48,390 nt of DNA from Patescibacteria group bacterium (GCA_035529635.1 DATKWJ010000003.1:1-48390); one strand, 5' to 3'. Positions 21,126-31,134 are shown, counted from the stretch's first letter. The notes: generated by a model not told the origin, from the sequence alone. Made by a program: numbers and translations.

Positions 21126-21877
21126 CAGAGTGATTTTATTAGAAACATAATGGCTATGCCCGATAAGAAGACGAGGAAATGAAGTAGCGATTTCTGCGGG
21201 CTGACTTTATGCTTGATTTCCGGTATCAAATCCGAACAGGCTATATAAATGAAACTGCCGGCCGCGAAAGGCAAAAGAAAAATCATGGAGTCTCCCATTT
21301 TTTCCGACAATAAAAATCCGAAAACCCCGCCGAAAATCACGGTTATGGCCGATAAAAAATTCAGCAGCAGGGCTTTGCCTCTCTTAAAACCGCTGTAAAT
21401 CAAAATGCCGAAATCGCCGATCTCCTGCGGGATCTCATGTAAAGCCACGGCCAGGGTGGTCACCATACCCAAAGGCAGGGAAACAAGGAAAGAGCCGGCA
21501 ATAATCAGCCCGTCAATAAAGTTGTGGACTCCGTCCGAAATCAGAATCAGATAAGAGAACGACTTTATTTCCGGATGCTTTTTGGCGTGATGGTGGTGCC
21601 ATTTGATGGAATTTTCCAAAAAGAAAAAAGCACAGAAGCCGAAAATCAGAAACAAGAATATTTTCAAAAGGAAACCCTCTCCCATACCTTTCTCTTCTAT
21701 GGTTTCAGGCAAAAGATGCAGGAAAGCGCCACCGATTAAAGCGCCGGCCGAGAAAGAAACCAGGATCAGTAGAATCTTATCCAAAAATTCTTCTTTCAAA
21801 AACAAAATTATCGCTCCGACAAAAGCAATCAAGCTGATCAAAAAAGTGCTGATTAAGATATAAAAAAAGACGCTCAT
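21125..21877 (-). CDS. ZIP-family metal transporter
   Basis: HLLPE, His-rich loop, DGVHNFIDG and HEIPQEIGDF motifs. Confidence 0.92.
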   Translation of the reverse strand: MSVFFYILISTFLISLIAFVGAIILFLKEEFLDKILLILVSFSAGALIGGAFLHLLPETIEEKGMGEGFLLKIFLFLIFGFCAFFFLENSIKWHHHHAKKHPEIKSFSYLILISDGVHNFIDGLIIAGSFLVSLPLGMVTTLAVALHEIPQEIGDFGILIYSGFKRGKALLLNFLSAITVIFGGVFGFLLSEKMGDSMIFLLPFAAGSFIYIACSDLIPEIKHKVSPQKSLLHFLVFLSGIAIMFLIKSL

Positions 21878-21926
21878 TGGAATTATAATTATTTATTATA
21901 ATTTTATCTCAGCTGTTTGTAAAGAA

Positions 21927-23012
21927 TCAGCTGATTATTCCTCCGCCCAGAAGTTCCTTGCCTCTGTAAAAAACCGCTGATTGGCCGGGAGTGATCGCCC
22001 TTTGCCGGGTTTGAAGCTTTAAAAAACGGTTGAAGATTGCCGCTACCGGCTCCTGGCCGTATCTTATCTGAATTTTAATTTTAAGATTCTGCTTCGGCTT
22101 TCTGCCCGAAAGCCAATTAATCTTCCTGACTTTCAGAATCTTGCTCCAGAGCGCCTCGTCCTTCAAAACAGAAGCCACGACCAAAGTGTTTTTCTTTTCA
22201 TCCTTTTTAACCACGTAATAAGGGCCGCCTGACAATTCTATCCCCTTTCTCTGGCCGATGGTATACAAAGGCAGGCCCTGATGGCAACCGATTATCTTTT
22301 TATTGTCCGCCAACAGAATCGGACCCGGCTTGGTTTTAATGCGCTTTTTCAGAAAATCTTCCAATTTGCCGGGAATAAAGCAAATTTCCATGGACTCCGC
22401 TATACCTGAAACCGGCAATCTGAATTTTTTCGCCAGATTCCTGACTTGGCTTTTCTGGTAATCGCCGACCGGCAAGATAATTTTTTCCAGCTGTTTCTGG
22501 TTCAGCTGCCATAAAAAATACGATTGGTCTTTCTTTTTATCCTTGCCCCGGTATAATTTATATTCCATTTTCCCATCCTTTCCTTTTGCTTGTTTTTTTC
22601 TGGCATAATGCCCGGTGGCGATGAAATCCGCCCCGGATGCCAAAGCTTTTTCTATAAGTAAGCCGAATTTGATTTCTTTATTGCAGACAACGCAGGGATT
22701 TGGCGTAATCCCTTTTTCATAGCCGTCCAGAAAACGGTCAACCACCCTTTTTTTGAATTCTTTTTCAAAATTGAAAACATAGAAAGGGATATCCAATATT
22801 TTAGCCACTTTCCTGGCTCTGTTTTCCGATTCCGAAGAACAACATCTGTTCTCTCCTTGTCCCGCTTCTTTCCAGAATTTCATGAAAACTCCAATGACTT
22901 CGTATCCTTGTTTTTTCAAAAGAGCCGCGGCCGCGCTTGAATCCACTCCTCCGGACATGGCCACCGCCACTTTTATCTCTTTATTTCTTTTTTCTTTTTT
23001 CATAATCGTCAA
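21927..23012 (-). CDS. mnmA: tRNA 2-thiouridine(34) synthase
   Basis: AMSGGVDSS, PNPCVVCN, ATGHYA, KDQSYFL and TIGQRKG motifs; start may be 23003. Confidence 0.96.
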   Translation of the reverse strand: MTIMKKEKRNKEIKVAVAMSGGVDSSAAAALLKKQGYEVIGVFMKFWKEAGQGENRCCSSESENRARKVAKILDIPFYVFNFEKEFKKRVVDRFLDGYEKGITPNPCVVCNKEIKFGLLIEKALASGADFIATGHYARKKQAKGKDGKMEYKLYRGKDKKKDQSYFLWQLNQKQLEKIILPVGDYQKSQVRNLAKKFRLPVSGIAESMEICFIPGKLEDFLKKRIKTKPGPILLADNKKIIGCHQGLPLYTIGQRKGIELSGGPYYVVKKDEKKNTLVVASVLKDEALWSKILKVRKINWLSGRKPKQNLKIKIQIRYGQEPVAAIFNRFLKLQTRQRAITPGQSAVFYRGKELLGGGIIS

Positions 23013-23373
23013 CCGCCGCTTTTATGCCTTCTTTGGCTAAAACTGAACAATGGATTTTTATCGGCGGAAAATCGCCCAATTCTTTGATTATTTTTTTATA
23101 ATCGATCTTGAGGGCGTCTTTCAAGGTTTTTCCCCGGACCAGATCGCAAGCCATGTCGGAAGCGGCGATGGCGGCCGCGCAGCCCAAAGTATGGAATTTG
23201 ATATCCTTGATAATTTCCTTCTTCCCTTTTTTCTCCACCTTCACATATAACTTCATGATGTCGCCGCAGCGGGGATTGCCGACCTGGCCGATGCCGTCGG
23301 CATTTTTTATCTCCCCGAAATTGGCGGGCTTGGTGAATCTTTTAATCACCTCTTTTGAATAATAGGGTTTCAT
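22981..23373 (-). CDS. iscU: Fe-S cluster scaffold IscU/NifU
   Basis: GNPRCGD, GCAAAIA and KIHCS motifs. Confidence 0.92.
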   Translation of the reverse strand: MKPYYSKEVIKRFTKPANFGEIKNADGIGQVGNPRCGDIMKLYVKVEKKGKKEIIKDIKFHTLGCAAAIAASDMACDLVRGKTLKDALKIDYKKIIKELGDFPPIKIHCSVLAKEGIKAAVDDYEKRKKK

Positions 23374-23382
23374 ATATTAAAT

Positions 23383-24540
23383 TTACAGTTTCCCTGATAT
23401 TTTTCTTAAGTTTTTTATTACGGACGGCAGGACCTTTAAAAAATAATTTATTTCTGATTCTTTCGTCCACTTGCCCAGAGTAAGACGCAAAGAGCCGTGG
23501 GCCTGTTCATGCTTCAGCCCTATGGCCAATAAGACATGGTTCGGCTCCAGTTTGGCCGAAGAACAGGCCGAGCCGGTCGAAGCAGCTATGCCCCGCAAAT
23601 CCAACTGAATGATGATTGATTCGCCTTCAACGCCGTCAAACCGCAAATTGGCGTTGTTAGGCAGCCGGTTTTTCTGATGGCCGTTCAAGTAGGAACCGGC
23701 AACGGACTTTAAAACTCCTTTTATCAGCTTATCTCTTAATCTGCCCTGCCCGGCAGCGTTTTCTTTCATTTCTTTTTTGGCGATTTGGCAGGCCTCGGCA
23801 AAGCCGACAATAGCCGGAATGTTAATAGTGGAAGACCTTAAGCCGGATTCCTGGCCGCCGCCGTGCAGCAGCGGTTCGATCTTCACTCCCTTTCTGACAA
23901 AAAGCGCGGCCGCGCCTTTTGGCCCGTACATTTTATGGGAAGAAGCCGTTAACAAATCGATTTTCATTTTATTGACGTCAATGGGAATCTTGCCGAAACT
24001 CTGGACTGCGTCAGTATGGAAATAAACTCCTTTCTGCCGGCAGATCGCCCCGATTCCCCCGATGGGCTGGATGGTGCCGATTTCATTGGAAGCGTGGATT
24101 ACAGAAACCAAAACCGTTCCTTTCTTGATCGCCTTTCTCACCTCTTCCGGATTTATCAAACCATATCGGTCAACCGACAGTCTGGTTATTTCAAATCCCT
24201 GCTTTTCCAGCCATTCGGCTGAAGCAGCAATGCAGGGATGCTCTATTGAAGAAATGACGAGATGCCTGCCTTTCCGGCGGTTGGCCAGAGCCACTCCTTT
24301 CAAAGCCAGATTATTGCTTTCAGTGGCAGACGCGGTGAAAATTATCTCAGCCGGCTTGGCTTTGATCAAAGCGGCAACCTTTTCCCGGCTCTCTTCCAGA
24401 GCCTGTTTCGCCTGCTGGCCGAAATAATGCAAAGACATGGTGTTGCCGAATTTTTCGTTGAAATAAGGCAGCATGGCCCGGCTGACTCTGGGATCGACTG
24501 GCGTAGTGGAAGCATAATCAAAATAAATTTTCTTAGTCAT
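23383..24540 (-). CDS. iscS: Cysteine desulfurase
   Basis: YFDYASTTP, SSHKMYGPKG and STGSACSS motifs. Confidence 0.95.
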   Translation of the reverse strand: MTKKIYFDYASTTPVDPRVSRAMLPYFNEKFGNTMSLHYFGQQAKQALEESREKVAALIKAKPAEIIFTASATESNNLALKGVALANRRKGRHLVISSIEHPCIAASAEWLEKQGFEITRLSVDRYGLINPEEVRKAIKKGTVLVSVIHASNEIGTIQPIGGIGAICRQKGVYFHTDAVQSFGKIPIDVNKMKIDLLTASSHKMYGPKGAAALFVRKGVKIEPLLHGGGQESGLRSSTINIPAIVGFAEACQIAKKEMKENAAGQGRLRDKLIKGVLKSVAGSYLNGHQKNRLPNNANLRFDGVEGESIIIQLDLRGIAASTGSACSSAKLEPNHVLLAIGLKHEQAHGSLRLTLGKWTKESEINYFLKVLPSVIKNLRKISGKL

Positions 24541-24806
24541 ATTTTTAAAGGAATTCTTAAAATAAGGCAGTTTTTACACGGATATTTCTTGTTCAAATGA
24601 TAATAAACTTCCCTGCCCTGCTTTTGGCTTAAAATTATTCCTAATTTTTTCAATACCTTCAAATGATAGGAAATGGTCGGCTGAGTCAAGGAAAAATTCA
24701 CCTCAAGGTCGGAAACCCGGCTGGGCTTTTTTTTCAATTGCTGAATTATTTTTATTCGGGTGCCATCTCCCAGTAAACTGAGACAATGCGGACATTTTTT
24801 TGTCAT
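24537..24806 (-). CDS. ArsR/SmtB-family transcriptional repressor
   Basis: LGDGTRIKII, LTQPTISYHLKVL and GREVYY motifs; CxxC at both termini. Confidence 0.9.
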   Translation of the reverse strand: MTKKCPHCLSLLGDGTRIKIIQQLKKKPSRVSDLEVNFSLTQPTISYHLKVLKKLGIILSQKQGREVYYHLNKKYPCKNCLILRIPLKI

Positions 24807-24813
24807 AAATTAA

Positions 24814-24841
24814 AAATACATAGATAACTATCTATGTATTT
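24814..24841. promoter_or_regulatory. Putative ArsR operator (13-2-13 palindrome)
   Basis: AAATACATAGATA-ac-TATCTATGTATTT lying between the -10 box and the arsR start. Confidence 0.8.
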
Positions 24842-24870
24842 ATGATATAAAACATCCGCCGGCCTGTCAA
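24842..24870 (-). promoter_or_regulatory. Sigma70 promoter of the arsR-iscS operon
   Basis: TTGACA-17 nt-TATCAT. Confidence 0.75.
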
Positions 24871-24873
24871 GCG

Positions 24874-25512
24874 TCAAAAGTCATATTCCCTCAAACCGCC
24901 CGTTGTTATCTCCAGATTGATCACTTCTTCATCCGAAATTTTTTCCAAATATTTTACCAAAGCCCGTAGAGCATTGTGGCTGGCGACAATTAAAACATTT
25001 TTCCCTTTTTTCAAGTCTTTCTCAATATACTTCCGGTAAAAAGGCACCACTCTGTTGAAAACGTCCTTCAAACTCTCCCCTTTCGGCGGCGCCTGATTCC
25101 AGCTTCTCCGCCACAACCGAACCTTTTCTTCCCCATATTTCTTTATGGTTTCTTCTTTATTGGAACCCTGCAGTTCGCCATAATATCTTTCATTCAAATC
25201 TTCCGAAACATAAACAGGAATGTCATATTCGCTCAAATCCTTAAAATGTCCCCGTTTTTTCATTTTGCCCGGATCAAGATGGATAAAAAGAGGATATTTT
25301 TTATCGTATTCCAGAATCTTGGCCACTGTATCCATATTTCTGAAAAGACAAGAACAGAAAATCTCATCAATCTTAAATTGAGATAATTCCTGCGCGAGGT
25401 TTTCGGCTTTTTCGGCATAGCCTTCAAGCAAGGGCGTGTCAATCCAGCCGTTAAACCTGTTTTCCTCGTTCCATTGCGATTCGAGATGACGAAGCAAAAT
25501 TAATTTTGGCAT
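24874..25512 (-). CDS. gpmA: 2,3-BPG-dependent phosphoglycerate mutase
   Basis: LLRHLESQWN, LNERYYGELQG and SHNALRAL motifs. Confidence 0.88.
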   Translation of the reverse strand: MPKLILLRHLESQWNEENRFNGWIDTPLLEGYAEKAENLAQELSQFKIDEIFCSCLFRNMDTVAKILEYDKKYPLFIHLDPGKMKKRGHFKDLSEYDIPVYVSEDLNERYYGELQGSNKEETIKKYGEEKVRLWRRSWNQAPPKGESLKDVFNRVVPFYRKYIEKDLKKGKNVLIVASHNALRALVKYLEKISDEEVINLEITTGGLREYDF

Positions 25513-26717
25513 AACTCTTTTTCTATTTTCAATAATCTATTATATTTTACCATTCTTTCTTTGGGAAAGGGAGCTCCGGTTTTAATGAAATCGGCTCCGC
25601 TGCCTACGGCCAAATCAGCGATGAAATCATCCTTGGTCTCGCCCGAGCGGTGGGAAACTATTATTTTCCAGCCGTACGACTTGGCTAATTTGACTGATTC
25701 AATCGTTTCCGAAACCGTGCCGATCTGGTTCGGCTTAATGATCACGGCATTGCAAGCTTTTTTCTGATGGGCTTCCTTGATTCTTTTCGGATTGGTGGCC
25801 GTCAAATCATCGGCCACAATCAAAACTTTCGATTTTTCGCTTTCCTTTGTTAATTTTTTCCAAGCCGGCCAATCGTTCTCGGAAAAAGGATCTTCAATCC
25901 CTCCGATTAAAGGATAACTTTCGGTAATTTCGGAATAAAAAGCCGATAGTTCTTCCCGGCTCATTTTTTCACCTTCAAAAAAATAGCCGCCTTTTTGAAC
26001 GAAAGAAGAAGCGGCCGCATCCAAAATAATTTTCATTTTATCATTGCTGTTAACGCCGGCTTGACCGCTGATTTCCGTAATAACCTCGAGTACTTCTTTC
26101 GTTTTATTTATCGGCGGAATAAAAGCGCCTTCAAGTCCTAAAGCAACGGCCGGCCGGCCGTAATTTTCAATTAAAAACTTTTTAAGGAGATGGTAGATTT
26201 TGACCGATTGAACAAAACTCTTTTCAAAAGAACCGGCTTGAAAAATTGTCATGAATTCCTGGATATCCAACTCCCCTTTGCCGTGCAATCCCCCTTCAAT
26301 CTGCAAAACGCAGGGATAAGGAAGCTTGGGCCGGTTGCCGGAGATTTTGGCGATCCACTGCCACAAAGGCGTTTTTTCCGCTTTGGCGGCAGCCCTCAAA
26401 ACAGCCGTGGAAACAGCCAAAATGGCATTGGCTCCCAAATTGGATTTGTCTTCCGTCCCGTCCAATTTTATCAGCAAATTATCTATCTCCCGCTGTTCAA
26501 CCGGATTTTTACCGGCAAGATTTCGGCTGATGATTCCTTCAATTTTTTTAATCGCGGCTTGCGGAGAACCGGCCTTGGCTTCAAATTCTCCTTTTGAGGT
26601 GCCGGACGGCACGGCTGCTGAAAATTCTCCCGAATCCGTGATAACTCTGGCTTCAATGGTCGGCTTGTTCCTGGAATCCAAAATCTGACTGGCTTTGATT
26701 TTTTTGATTTTAGCCAT
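25500..26717 (-). CDS. eno: Enolase
   Basis: ILDSR, LGANAILAVS, IKPNQIG and SHRSGET motifs. Confidence 0.95.
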   Translation of the reverse strand: MAKIKKIKASQILDSRNKPTIEARVITDSGEFSAAVPSGTSKGEFEAKAGSPQAAIKKIEGIISRNLAGKNPVEQREIDNLLIKLDGTEDKSNLGANAILAVSTAVLRAAAKAEKTPLWQWIAKISGNRPKLPYPCVLQIEGGLHGKGELDIQEFMTIFQAGSFEKSFVQSVKIYHLLKKFLIENYGRPAVALGLEGAFIPPINKTKEVLEVITEISGQAGVNSNDKMKIILDAAASSFVQKGGYFFEGEKMSREELSAFYSEITESYPLIGGIEDPFSENDWPAWKKLTKESEKSKVLIVADDLTATNPKRIKEAHQKKACNAVIIKPNQIGTVSETIESVKLAKSYGWKIIVSHRSGETKDDFIADLAVGSGADFIKTGAPFPKERMVKYNRLLKIEKELCQN

Positions 26718-26725
26718 TTTTATCC

Positions 26726-27646
26726 TTAGTTTTGTTTGAATAAATAATTGGAAACGGACAAAGCGGCTTTGACTCCTTCTCCGGCGGCAATGACGATTTG
26801 CTTGTAAACGACGTCAGTAACGTCGCCGGCTGCGAAAAGGCCGGCTGTCTTGGTCTGCATGGTTTTAGGGTTTATTGTTATCTCGTCTTTCTGATTGAAG
26901 TCAACCAAGCCTTTGACGAAAGAAGTGGCCGGCTGCGAACCTATTTCCACGAAAATCCCGTCAACCTTCAAAGAAACGATTTTTTTAGTTTTATTGTCCT
27001 GATAAGACGCCGATTCGACGAAGTTTTTTCCTTCGATTTTTTTCAGGACGGCCGAAGTTATGATTTCGATTTTGCCGGTTTTTTCGGCTTTTTCTTGAAC
27101 AGCTTCTTCAGCTCTGATATGGTCGGCGCTTTCCAAAATATAAACTTTTTTAGTCCAAGAAGACAGAAAAATGGCAGCCTCAAAACCGGAATTTCCGCCG
27201 CCGATGACAGCCACTTCTTTATTGGCGAACAAAGGCCCGTCGCAGATAGTGCAGTAAGAAACGCCTTTACCGATGAATTTCTTTTCGCCGGGCACTTCCA
27301 AAGGCCGGGGGTCGGCTCCCGAAACGATAATAACCGCTTTCGCCTTGAATATGTTTTTGCCGGCGGTTTTGACCAGAAATTTTCCGCCGATTTTTTCCAC
27401 TTTTCTCGCTCCATCCCTTTCAATGTCTATTTTCTGCTTTCTTAAATGCTTTTCGAATTTCCTGATCAGATCCAAGCCGGAAATCTTTTCGAAACCGGGA
27501 TAATTCTCGATGCCGACGGCTTTTCTGGCGATCTGGCCGCCGAAAGATTTAGTAATCAAAAGAGTATTCAATTTTTGCCTGGCAGCGTAAATGCCGGCCG
27601 CAATTCCGGCCGGCCCGCCCCCGATAATGATAAGGTCGTAAAGCAT
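26726..27646 (-). CDS. trxB: Thioredoxin-disulfide reductase
   Basis: GGGPAG, SYCTICDG, GGGNSG and FAAGD motifs. Confidence 0.92.
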   Translation of the reverse strand: MLYDLIIIGGGPAGIAAGIYAARQKLNTLLITKSFGGQIARKAVGIENYPGFEKISGLDLIRKFEKHLRKQKIDIERDGARKVEKIGGKFLVKTAGKNIFKAKAVIIVSGADPRPLEVPGEKKFIGKGVSYCTICDGPLFANKEVAVIGGGNSGFEAAIFLSSWTKKVYILESADHIRAEEAVQEKAEKTGKIEIITSAVLKKIEGKNFVESASYQDNKTKKIVSLKVDGIFVEIGSQPATSFVKGLVDFNQKDEITINPKTMQTKTAGLFAAGDVTDVVYKQIVIAAGEGVKAALSVSNYLFKQN

Positions 27647-27655
27647 GCGATTATT

Positions 27656-28519
27656 TTATCGTAAAACTTCCGGTATGGCTTCGATCAAATCGTTGACCGT
27701 CATCGCCTCCCCGAATTTCTTGGCAGCGATTTCCCCGGCTTTGCCGTTAATATAGGCTCCGGCCTGGCCGGCTTCGAAAATATTCACTCCCCTGGCCAGT
27801 AAAGCTCCGCAAATCCCGGCCAAAGTGTCGCCGCAGCCGCCGCCTGTCATATAAGACGTACCGGTTCTGTTCACGGCTGTTTCTTTGCCGTTCGAAATAA
27901 TGTCCAACTTTCCTTTGAGCAGAATCGTGGTTTGCAGTTTGTCGGCTTCTTCTTGAACAGCTTTTATTTTTTCTTCGTCCGTCAATTTGTAAACTTCCCG
28001 GCCCGTCAGAATGAAGAATTCATAAGTATGCGGCGTAATTAAAAAATTCTTGCCTGAAATGATTTCCGGGTTTTTAGCAATAGCATGAATGGCGTCGGCG
28101 TCTATCACTGCCGGAATTCCAATTTGAGCGAGATATTCTAAAATAGCTTCCTGGGTTTCCGCTGTCCTGCCCATGCCTCCTCCGATGACCGCGGCTGTTT
28201 TTCCTCCGGATACCTGCTTGGCTGATTCGGTCATGGAAAGCAAAACCGCCAGATGTTCTTTGGTCAGCCATTTGCCTTCCAAAGGGTAAGCGGCCAGAAT
28301 CGGCGAGAAAGATGCGATGATGTCAGCCGCCCTTTTGGGAGCGACAATTCTTACCATGTCGACTCCGGCTCGGAAAGCGGCCAAAGCCGACAAAGCCGGG
28401 GAGCCGGAATAAAAATCCGAGCCGCCGATAACGGACAAAAGACCGAAATCGTATTTCCTGACCGTGGCCGGCCTGGCCGGATAAATGTTTTTTAAAATAT
28501 TCTTGGTTACCTCTTCCAT
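27656..28519 (-). CDS. nnrD: NAD(P)H-hydrate dehydratase
   Basis: IGGSDFYSGSP, IDADAI, ITPHTYEF and GGCGDTLAG motifs. Confidence 0.9.
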   Translation of the reverse strand: MEEVTKNILKNIYPARPATVRKYDFGLLSVIGGSDFYSGSPALSALAAFRAGVDMVRIVAPKRAADIIASFSPILAAYPLEGKWLTKEHLAVLLSMTESAKQVSGGKTAAVIGGGMGRTAETQEAILEYLAQIGIPAVIDADAIHAIAKNPEIISGKNFLITPHTYEFFILTGREVYKLTDEEKIKAVQEEADKLQTTILLKGKLDIISNGKETAVNRTGTSYMTGGGCGDTLAGICGALLARGVNIFEAGQAGAYINGKAGEIAAKKFGEAMTVNDLIEAIPEVLR

Positions 28520-28545
28520 AATTCGTAATTCATTTAAAAATTACT

Positions 28546-29940
28546 TTAATTGGTTTTTTTTCTTAAAAAAGCCGGCGTTTCCCAGAATTTTTCCTTTTCC
28601 ACCATTTCTTTTTCAAGCTCTTCCGCTTCCCTTTTGATTTGCAGGGCGTTTTTCCTGACTTTATCACCAACAAGCGGCGTTTCCTCTTTGATATTTTCCG
28701 CTTCTTGAGGTTTTTCTTCTTTCTTGACCATCCTGATTTTCACTTTTTTGGCAGCCGGTTTCTTTCTTTTCTTTTTCGCTTTGGCTTTCGGTTTCTCGAT
28801 TTTCTTGTCTTTAACCGCCACTTTTTCCTTTTTCACTTTCCTGACTTTTTTCCTCGGCTTGGCCGGTTTGGCGGATGAGGAAGAAATCTTAAATCCCAGT
28901 CTTTCGCAGCCAGTGGCCAGCAAAACAGTTTTTATGACGTTGGAATATTTTTTATGCTGCGAAATACCAAAAATGATTTTCGCCTCAGGGCTGGCCAGAT
29001 CGGAAATCGTCTTTGATATCTGATTGACATCGTTCAAGGAAAGGTTTTTTTCTCCGGCGATATTCAATAAAACGCCTTTGGCTCCTTTGATAGTATAAGG
29101 ATATAAAGGGGAACTGAGCACTTTGGTTGCCGCGTTTTTGATTTTATTGTCTTCTTTCCTTTCTTCTTCAACAGTGTTCAGATAAGCCAGCCTGCCCCTG
29201 CCTTCCATAATGGTCCTGAAATCGGCGAAATCGATGTTTATCAGGCCCGGCTCGTAAATGGTTTCAATCAATCCCCCCAGACTTTCGGCCAAGAATTTAT
29301 TGATGGCGGACAAAGCCTCTTTAAGAGGAGTGTCTTTGTCGATAATCTGGAAAATCCTTTCATTGGGGATAATGGTCATGGCGTTCAAATGGTTTTTGGC
29401 CTCTTTCAGGGAATCAAGGGCAATTTCCATTTTCTTTTCCCCTTCGAATTTGAAAGGCAAAGTGAAAATTCCGTAGGTGAGATTGCCCAAGTTTTTGGAA
29501 ATCCTGGCGAAAGTCGAAACAGCTCCCGAACCGGTTCCGCCGCCCAGAGCCACGACCAGAATGCACAAATCCTGGCCTTCTAAAATCTTTTTGATTCTTT
29601 CTTTTTCGGCCTGAGCCGCTGTCTGGCCCAGAACCGGATTCATGCCGGTGCCCAAACCGCGGGTCAGATTCTGGCCGAATTGGAATTTCATCGCCTTCCG
29701 GCCGCAGCTTCTTAGCGATTTGGAATCGGTGTTGGCTATGACAAAACTGGCCTTGGATATTTTTGAAACTATTTCGGAAACGATATTGCCGCCGCCGCCG
29801 CCCAGGCCGATTACCCTGATTTTGGTCTTTTTTATCTTTTCCTCTTCTGCTGGCGGCAAAGCCGGCTTAGCCGCTTGCTTGGCGGTTTTTTTAGCCGGTA
29901 AAGCCATTTTTTTGGTTTTTTTCTTGAGTTTCTTAACCAT
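28546..29940 (-). CDS. ftsZ: FtsZ-family GTPase (divergent, Lys-rich linker)
   Basis: GLGGGGGN, LGGGTGSG, GLINIDFAD and C-terminal ETPAFLRK motifs. Confidence 0.9.
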   Translation of the reverse strand: MVKKLKKKTKKMALPAKKTAKQAAKPALPPAEEEKIKKTKIRVIGLGGGGGNIVSEIVSKISKASFVIANTDSKSLRSCGRKAMKFQFGQNLTRGLGTGMNPVLGQTAAQAEKERIKKILEGQDLCILVVALGGGTGSGAVSTFARISKNLGNLTYGIFTLPFKFEGEKKMEIALDSLKEAKNHLNAMTIIPNERIFQIIDKDTPLKEALSAINKFLAESLGGLIETIYEPGLINIDFADFRTIMEGRGRLAYLNTVEEERKEDNKIKNAATKVLSSPLYPYTIKGAKGVLLNIAGEKNLSLNDVNQISKTISDLASPEAKIIFGISQHKKYSNVIKTVLLATGCERLGFKISSSSAKPAKPRKKVRKVKKEKVAVKDKKIEKPKAKAKKKRKKPAAKKVKIRMVKKEEKPQEAENIKEETPLVGDKVRKNALQIKREAEELEKEMVEKEKFWETPAFLRKKTN

Positions 29941-29987
29941 TATTTCAGTATACCCCGCGCCTTATTTCTGTAAAGAGAAAGCTGGGG

Positions 29988-30074
29988 CTATTTTCTCTTC
30001 GATTTACTCCTTCTTCCTTCTTTTTTTCTTAATTTTTTATTGAGACGTTTTCTGTTTCTCCATCCTATGCCCAT
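29988..30074 (-). CDS. Small highly basic peptide (28 aa)
   Basis: MGIGWRNRKRLNKKLRKKEGRRSKSKRK*; the ATG lies 4 nt after the upstream gene's stop. Confidence 0.45.
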   Translation of the reverse strand: MGIGWRNRKRLNKKLRKKEGRRSKSKRK

Positions 30075-30078
30075 TTTT

Positions 30079-31080
30079 TTATTGTTCTTTATTTGTTAAT
30101 TCGGTTATGACCTTTATTTTTTCTTGGACGAATTTTAAGTACTTTTCAGCTATTGCCGACTTGCCCAGATCGTAAAAACACCACATCTGAATTAAAGCAG
30201 CGTCAGCCTCGTAAATGGCTTTAACTCCAGGCGGTATCGGTTCAGCCAGTTTTTCGTAAGCCCGGTAGATTGCTTCGGCTTTTTCTTTTGACCATAAAAC
30301 TGCCACATCAGTAGCCAAACGGCAGATATTGAAATTCAAATCGCCCACCCGCCAACTTTCTTTCGGCGGCAGCACGTCGATAAATTCCACTTTGCCGTCC
30401 AAAAGCATTATATTGTCGCTATGGTCGTCTATCAGCAAAGACAATTTCTGATGGCTGAAATTCCGGAAATAAGGATTCTTGACCGCTGCTTTTTTAAGGA
30501 ATTCCACCATTTCGTCTGTCTTTTCTTTGGCGATAGAAGAAGGAACCAGATAAAGCAGATTCCTGTCGTCCTCCAGTTCAGCCAAAAGGCTCTCCAACAA
30601 ATTCTTGCTAAAAATTGCTTCTGATTCCCTTCTCTTTTCAGTTGTCAATTCTCCGAGCCGCGAAGTCAGTTCCAAAACGATTTTCGCCAAATCTTCTTCG
30701 CTTGCTTCTTTTTTCAAAAGAAGGTTGGTCAGGCTTTTGTCAGCGTCAAATTTTTCCATTTCAATGAAGAAATCTTCTGCTTCCGTCATATCCGCCAGGC
30801 GATATTTTTCCCCCTCTGCTTTGATCCCTCTTAAATTCAGATAAACATGGGGCGCCATGGTTTTGTTCCAACGGAAATCTTCGCAGTAAAAATTCCTTCT
30901 GAAATCCGGCGAACCGAAATCGCCGAAGAAAAACTTCTCGTATTTGTATATCTTGTAAACTTTGTTCCCGTAAAAAAATATTTTGGAAACAGTTGTCTCG
31001 ATGATTTTATCGGGAGAAGAAGTAGCCAAACCTTCTATGAGATTTTGTTCGAAAACCCGGAAAAGATTCATTGAATTCAT
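30079..31080 (-). CDS. COG2187-like aminoglycoside-phosphotransferase-fold protein (degenerate)
   Basis: IIETTVSKIFFYGNKVYKIYK..FGDF...RRNFYCEDFRWNKTMAPHVYL and DDHSDNI resemble the COG2187 N-terminal domain. Confidence 0.65.
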   Translation of the reverse strand: MNSMNLFRVFEQNLIEGLATSSPDKIIETTVSKIFFYGNKVYKIYKYEKFFFGDFGSPDFRRNFYCEDFRWNKTMAPHVYLNLRGIKAEGEKYRLADMTEAEDFFIEMEKFDADKSLTNLLLKKEASEEDLAKIVLELTSRLGELTTEKRRESEAIFSKNLLESLLAELEDDRNLLYLVPSSIAKEKTDEMVEFLKKAAVKNPYFRNFSHQKLSLLIDDHSDNIMLLDGKVEFIDVLPPKESWRVGDLNFNICRLATDVAVLWSKEKAEAIYRAYEKLAEPIPPGVKAIYEADAALIQMWCFYDLGKSAIAEKYLKFVQEKIKVITELTNKEQ

Positions 31081-31134
31081 TTAAACAGAAACCGGAGCAA
31101 AAGAAAAGACCCTGTTGCCTCGTTTCAGGATCTT

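Noticed and set aside
29974..29998. GCTGGGGCTA at 29981 matching the start of the family-1 repeat
   Set aside because: Only 10 nt, lacks the GGAC/GTTAGAAC blocks, and is the centre of a local hairpin; probably chance.
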